The notes below the pieces were generated by a model, which had not been told where the DNA came from, searched no databases, and saw only the letters and a program-made list of their open reading frames with translations. From Bdellovibrionales bacterium (GTDB lineage Bacteria > Bdellovibrionota > Bdellovibrionia > Bdellovibrionales > UBA1609): a stretch of DNA of 64,000 nucleotides. The position numbers and the translations under genes are program-made. The DNA is taken from NCBI GenBank assembly GCA_965199825.1, contig OZ241329.1, positions 128,001-192,000 on the forward strand. Reading direction: 5' to 3'. Position 1 is the first letter of the stretch. Every line of letters starts with the position of its first letter. Positions 59,208 to 64,000 of this stretch are shown one piece after another.

Positions 59208-60041
59208 CTATTGGACCGCTCGAACGAGCAATTGAAAACATGTTAAGCTTTGGTTGGGATGGTCCATAGGTTTAAAAAAATAGGGCTTCGGTGCGCTTAA
59301 CACCACAGGCCCGGTGGGAGTGATAAATATTTTTTGTTTTATTTGAGTAATAATATAAAACAATCCCGAATCACCAATTCGAGCGACAAAAACCTCATTC
59401 CCATCGGGGATTTTACCAAGCTTCGCTTTTTCTCTCTCGGTCATTGGGCGAGGAAGTGAGGCAACAGTCGAATCAGTGATAAATCCTAAATTAAAAAGTT
59501 GTAATCGCAAAAGTTGAAAGGGCGTGGCCACCGTTGGATCTTCGGGCAACAATATATCAAAAACTGGTTTTTTGGTTTGTAATCCCAGGCTTTGATATTT
59601 TTCCTTTATCAGATCGTCTTGTGAGCTCATCGTAGGGTTAAGCAAGCGCAACCTTGTAAATCGATTTGTTGCTTCTAAACTTAAGAGTTCAAGATCAGGA
59701 TAATTCGCACGAATGCGATTGAGAAAAGGGATACTGAGCTTTAATGAGTCGTCCGACACATTTAAATTGTAATCGTCAACAGCGTTGAATGAAAAACTCG
59801 AAGTGAACCGACCCGGCCTTAAAGGCTTTGCTAAATTCACGTAGACAGAATCTGAGGAATCGATTTCGATACTTGCAATTTGGAGTTCAAAATCATCGCG
59901 ATGTTGGCCATCCAAAAAATTTTCATTAAAAAAATTTTGGACCTTATTAAATTTTTGATTTTTAACCTTTATCCAAATACGCGCAGCTTGTGGGGATTGA
60001 GCTAAAGCAAAGTGGGCAGCCAATAAAAGTGAAAAGATCAA
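59208..60041 (-). CDS. hypothetical secreted protein, paralog of 58204-59034
   Basis: Signal peptide ending ALA; same shared motifs. Confidence 0.8.
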   Translation of the reverse strand: MIFSLLLAAHFALAQSPQAARIWIKVKNQKFNKVQNFFNENFLDGQHRDDFELQIASIEIDSSDSVYVNLAKPLRPGRFTSSFSFNAVDDYNLNVSDDSLKLSIPFLNRIRANYPDLELLSLEATNRFTRLRLLNPTMSSQDDLIKEKYQSLGLQTKKPVFDILLPEDPTVATPFQLLRLQLFNLGFITDSTVASLPRPMTEREKAKLGKIPDGNEVFVARIGDSGLFYIITQIKQKIFITPTGPVVLSAPKPYFFKPMDHPNQSLTCFQLLVRAVQ

Positions 60042-60207
60042 TGTGCGGCTCTTGTTAGGAAAATAAAAATCAATTGGATAATTTTTGGCAAAATTTGGTT
60101 CCTCCCCTTTAGTCTTTTAGAGATCCTATGGAATACACCAAGATTGTTGATATGCACATCAGGGAATGGCTTGTTTGTTAGACTCGTTCACCAGAATTGG
60201 GTGACTC

Positions 60208-62292
60208 TTAGACGCGATTCAAGGTTTCAATTAAAAGCCTTGGATCAAGAGGTTTGGTTAAATGGGCATTGCACCCGAGTGCTAAACTGCGTGTGCGGTC
60301 CTCCACCATCCCATGCGCGGTCAATGCCACGATCGGTTTACTGTAACCATCGCTGCGCAATTGTTCTGTGGCCGCATAACCATCGAGCACTGGCATCTGC
60401 ATGTCCATGATGACCACATCGTAGTCGTTGGCTTCGGCCATCTCGACACCCTCGGCACCGTTGTTGGCGATGTCCACACTGATTCCGGCTTGAGTTAAAA
60501 ATGCTTTTACCAAAAGTTGATTGTCGGCTGAGTCTTCCACCAATAAAACGCGCGAAACATTTTCTACTTTTAATGTTTTATCAGACTTAGCGAATTCAAC
60601 TTTTTGCATCCTCTTTACAGCTCGGCGAGCTTCGACGGTTGCAATAAAAGTTGCACCTTGTCCAACTTTTGCTTGCACCAAAACATCGCCGCCCAAAGCA
60701 CGAGCCAGACGGCGCGAGAGTGCAAGGCCTAAGCCTGAACCGCCAAATTTTCGGGTCATGCTATTATCTGCTTGCGAGAAGGGAGCAAAAACTTTTTCGG
60801 TTTGCTCAAAGCTCATGCCGATACCGGTATCTTTTATTGTGAAACTCATCCCAATAACAGATTTCCCAAAAAAATTGGGCTCGGCAAAAACCGATACAGA
60901 ACCTTTTTTGGTAAATTTCAATGCGTTGCCAATAAGGTTAATGAGGATCTGCCGAATTCGGGTTGGATCTGATGTCACAAGATCTGGCATGCTGGGATCA
61001 ATATCGACATTCAATTTTAAATTTTTCTTTAAAGCAGCGTCTTCAAATAAATTGGTGATTTCAAAGATCAAGCTTCGGATATCAAACTCGATATGCTCAA
61101 GCTCCAATTTTCCGGCCTCGACTTTTGAGAGATCTAAAATATCGTTGATGATTTTAAGTAAGGCTTCCCCGTTACGTGCAACGATGCTGCCGTATTTTTC
61201 GCGTTCGGCTGCATCGTCGGATCTTTTGATAATATCGGTAAAACCTAGAATTGCACCAAGTGGTGTGCGAATCTCATGAGACATGTTGGCCAAAAATGCC
61301 GACTTCATATTTGTGGCGTTTTCGAGTTGTTGTCTTGTCAAAATTGATTCTGAAATGTCGTGATAAACCGCCATCACTCCAGTGATTCTGCCATTTTCGG
61401 CGCGGTCGGGATAGTAGGCCACATTAATCCAGCGCCTAGTTATTGAGCCACTCTCATCGGGCAATTCTAGCGGTAATTCTTGGCCGACATAAGGTTTGCC
61501 CGTTTTGTAAACCTCATCAAGTTGCGAAACAAAAAAGCGAAGTTCATCTTGAGAAAAAAGATCTCTGATTGTTTTATCAAGAGCGGGCCGTCCAATCATT
61601 TTTTCATATGGGGGGTTGGCGAGCACATGACGGTGATCACGACCCTCAAAAATAACCATAGGCGAGGGGGCTTGCATAAAAAAACCATAAAGCTGACTGC
61701 GTGAAGCTTCAATACGATTCAATAATTCTAAGCGCTCGCGCTCGGCTTGCATCTGATCTGTTAAATCGGTAATTGCGGTTCGAAAGGTAAGTATTCCTGA
61801 TTCACGTGCACGGCGACCAATAGTTGAAAATTGAATGTGCTTGATGGATTGGTCTGGGATAAGAATTTGAATTATTTCGCTCGTTTTCTTTTCGCCATCG
61901 CGACACAAAAGAATGTGATCTCGAAACTTCACTTGATCTGTTTTGCAGATTCTTGAGGATAACGAGCGTCCAATCATCCGTTGTCGCTCCAAACCAAAAA
62001 GTTCGGCCGCTGCAAAATTTAAATCGAGAATAGTTCCTAACTTATCGAGTGTCACATACGCGACTGGGGCAAAGTCATAAAGATTTAAGTACTTTTCATG
62101 CGATTCCTCTAAAAGGTTTTGTGAATCACGCAATTCGCGGTTTTGAACTTCGAGTTCGATTTGTAAAACTTCGAGTTCATGAACCAGATCAAGAAGCTCG
62201 GCCTTGCCGCTTGATTTTTGAAATTGATGAAGTCGAGTTTCGAGTTCCTCATTCGTCATCGTTCTTTTTTTAGTTTTGGTTTTAATACTCAT
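60208..62292 (-). CDS. PAS hybrid histidine kinase
   Basis: HELEVLQIELEVQN coiled coil, 2 PAS domains, SHEIRTP, REC. Confidence 0.92.
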   Translation of the reverse strand: MSIKTKTKKRTMTNEELETRLHQFQKSSGKAELLDLVHELEVLQIELEVQNRELRDSQNLLEESHEKYLNLYDFAPVAYVTLDKLGTILDLNFAAAELFGLERQRMIGRSLSSRICKTDQVKFRDHILLCRDGEKKTSEIIQILIPDQSIKHIQFSTIGRRARESGILTFRTAITDLTDQMQAERERLELLNRIEASRSQLYGFFMQAPSPMVIFEGRDHRHVLANPPYEKMIGRPALDKTIRDLFSQDELRFFVSQLDEVYKTGKPYVGQELPLELPDESGSITRRWINVAYYPDRAENGRITGVMAVYHDISESILTRQQLENATNMKSAFLANMSHEIRTPLGAILGFTDIIKRSDDAAEREKYGSIVARNGEALLKIINDILDLSKVEAGKLELEHIEFDIRSLIFEITNLFEDAALKKNLKLNVDIDPSMPDLVTSDPTRIRQILINLIGNALKFTKKGSVSVFAEPNFFGKSVIGMSFTIKDTGIGMSFEQTEKVFAPFSQADNSMTRKFGGSGLGLALSRRLARALGGDVLVQAKVGQGATFIATVEARRAVKRMQKVEFAKSDKTLKVENVSRVLLVEDSADNQLLVKAFLTQAGISVDIANNGAEGVEMAEANDYDVVIMDMQMPVLDGYAATEQLRSDGYSKPIVALTAHGMVEDRTRSLALGCNAHLTKPLDPRLLIETLNRV

Positions 62293-62294
62293 GT

Positions 62295-64000
62295 TTAGTT
62301 CTCTTTTTCTTCATTTTGCAAATGAGTGATATCTCGGATCGCGAGTAAAATAAGGCTCTCACCGTTTTGTTCCCAAACAAGCTGTTGAGCATTCACGAGC
62401 ATCGTCCGCTGACCGATAGTCGAAAATTTATGACGGACTTCAAAATCGCGCACTTCGGTTTTTCGAGGTAAAATTTCTTGCACCAGATCTCTGAGTTTAG
62501 GAATATTCCATTGCCCATTTCCCAAATCGAAAAGTGAACGGCCCACCGTCTCTTCTGGATTGGAATGAAACGTTTTGTAAAATGCAGCATTCACACTCTT
62601 AACTGTGAGATGACGATCCATCACAATCAGTGGATCATGCATTGTTTCGAGTATCGCGTGCGAAATTTGTTCTTCTTTTTTTAACAGTTCGATATCTGAA
62701 AAGATGATCACAGCCCCGTCAACTTTTCGGTCGTGGGTTTTAAACGGACGAATCGAGACATAAAAATGCTGGCCTCTGAGATCTTGAGTTTCAAACTCGA
62801 GAGTTGTGATATTTTGAATCACATCGTTAAGCATTTCTTCAAAGTTAGGCATCAAAAAGCCCAAGCTAAAATCAGTGATTCGGCGTCCAAGATCATCAGA
62901 CGACAAGTTGAGCAACTTGCACGCGCCAGGTGTTAAGCGTCGAATAAACAGATCTGCATTGACCATTGCAACCGCAGCGCTTGCACTGCTTAAAAGATTG
63001 GAGAGGTCGTCATTTGTGAGTTTTAATTCGATATTACTTTGAGAGAGCTCTTCGTTCACGGTTACAAGCTCTTCATTTGTACTTTGAAGCTCTTCTTTTG
63101 CCGTTTCAAGTTCTTCGTTGGTACTTTGGAGTTCTTCGTTGGCAGAAAGAATTTCTTCATTCGAGCTTTGCAGTTCTTCATTTGCTGCACTCTGTTCGTC
63201 CAAAAGGGTCCGCAAAGACTTTTTTGTAGAATCGAGCTCCTCTTGAAGTCTAATCATATCCGAATTGTTGTTTTTAATCGGCTCTTTTCTTAAATCCAAG
63301 GTTTGAAGGCGTTCATGAAATAAAATTAAAAAATGGTGACTACTGCTATCGGTTTCAACCAAGACCGCTTTGACATCAATCACATAGGTGACCTTGCCGA
63401 TCACGATTGCGATATTATTTTTATTTACCGAACCCTTTTCTTTTTCTAACTTGTGAATAAGCACTCGAACATCCGACACCAACTCTTCGCGCAGCATCTT
63501 TGCAATATGTAAACTGGCTTGACCCGTTCGTGGTTTTATAAACGGCGTCATCTGACCGTTAAAATGCACAATATCCATCACCTGATTTACGAGAATCCAA
63601 GCAGGAGCGTAGTACTCGAGAACAAGTTTCTCGGCTTTAGCGACGATATCGGTTTGGAGTTCGGTTGAATTGTCGTTTTGAATTTGAACTGCGCCGCTTA
63701 AAACTTCGGAATCCCCGAATCTTTGCGATCTGAATGAGGATCGCTTTGGCGGGATCGCAGATACTCGTTTTAAAAAAACTTTGTTTCGTTCGTCGGCCAC
63801 CGAAAAATAAGACGAAGCAGAACCAACGCTTTCCGAAGATCCGAGGAGCAGAAAACCATTGGGATTTAATGCGTAATAAAAGGTCTGCATCAGATTCTTT
63901 TGGGCAGATGCCGACAGATAAATAATCAGATTTCGACAACTTAATAAATCTAACCGATGGATGGGTGGGTCGGTTGTGACATCTTGGACCGAAAAAATGC
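62295..64000 (-). CDS. CheR-methyltransferase/PAS protein (CheB/CheR-fusion type), 5' partial
   Basis: Frame open to the window end: DPP...LDLLSCRNLIIY...LLGSSES, NEELQS heptads, PAS domains. Confidence 0.88.
   Translation of the reverse strand, partial: IFSVQDVTTDPPIHRLDLLSCRNLIIYLSASAQKNLMQTFYYALNPNGFLLLGSSESVGSASSYFSVADERNKVFLKRVSAIPPKRSSFRSQRFGDSEVLSGAVQIQNDNSTELQTDIVAKAEKLVLEYYAPAWILVNQVMDIVHFNGQMTPFIKPRTGQASLHIAKMLREELVSDVRVLIHKLEKEKGSVNKNNIAIVIGKVTYVIDVKAVLVETDSSSHHFLILFHERLQTLDLRKEPIKNNNSDMIRLQEELDSTKKSLRTLLDEQSAANEELQSSNEEILSANEELQSTNEELETAKEELQSTNEELVTVNEELSQSNIELKLTNDDLSNLLSSASAAVAMVNADLFIRRLTPGACKLLNLSSDDLGRRITDFSLGFLMPNFEEMLNDVIQNITTLEFETQDLRGQHFYVSIRPFKTHDRKVDGAVIIFSDIELLKKEEQISHAILETMHDPLIVMDRHLTVKSVNAAFYKTFHSNPEETVGRSLFDLGNGQWNIPKLRDLVQEILPRKTEVRDFEVRHKFSTIGQRTMLVNAQQLVWEQNGESLILLAIRDITHLQNEEKEN

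Noticed and set aside
60521..61279. Long antisense ORFs (also 50572-51129, 15207-15719, 29268-29744 and others)
   Set aside because: They are shadows of well-supported genes on the opposite strand and carry no motifs of their own
63060..63200. 21-bp periodic DNA repeat
   Set aside because: It encodes the NEELQS(T/S) coiled-coil heptads normal for CheR/PAS proteins

Overview
Bacterial chromosomal window, most likely from a Bdellovibrionota-type predator (inferred from gene order and protein style). Bases 1 to ~40,180 are mostly core genes: a type IV pilus cluster (pilB-pilT-pilC-pilS-pilR), ribF, a CHASE2 kinase with a sigma54 regulator, LPS/lipid A and outer-membrane biogenesis genes (GT9 transferases, lpxL, lpxK, lpxB, gnnA-like, lpxA, fabZ, skp, bamA, lolD, lolC/E), frameshifting prfB, ybeY, an HD phosphodiesterase, mazG, murJ, rpsT, holA, lptE, serine-pathway genes, purA, tRNA-Lys and tRNA-Glu. 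A ~1.9 kb AT-rich insert between prfB and ybeY carries a stand-alone Y1/HUH (IS200/RAYT-like) transposase preceded by an unusual degenerate repeat-spacer array. After the tRNAs comes an integrase-free accessory region of secreted or lipoprotein orphans, pseudogenes, BLUF, TMEM175, PAS hybrid kinases and a CheR-PAS protein. It also holds three copies of a ~75-bp palindromic REP-like element with co-varying arms, several sigma54 promoters, a candidate new two-cysteine lipoprotein domain, and a candidate switchable RNA leader. All calls were made by eye; no database searches were run.
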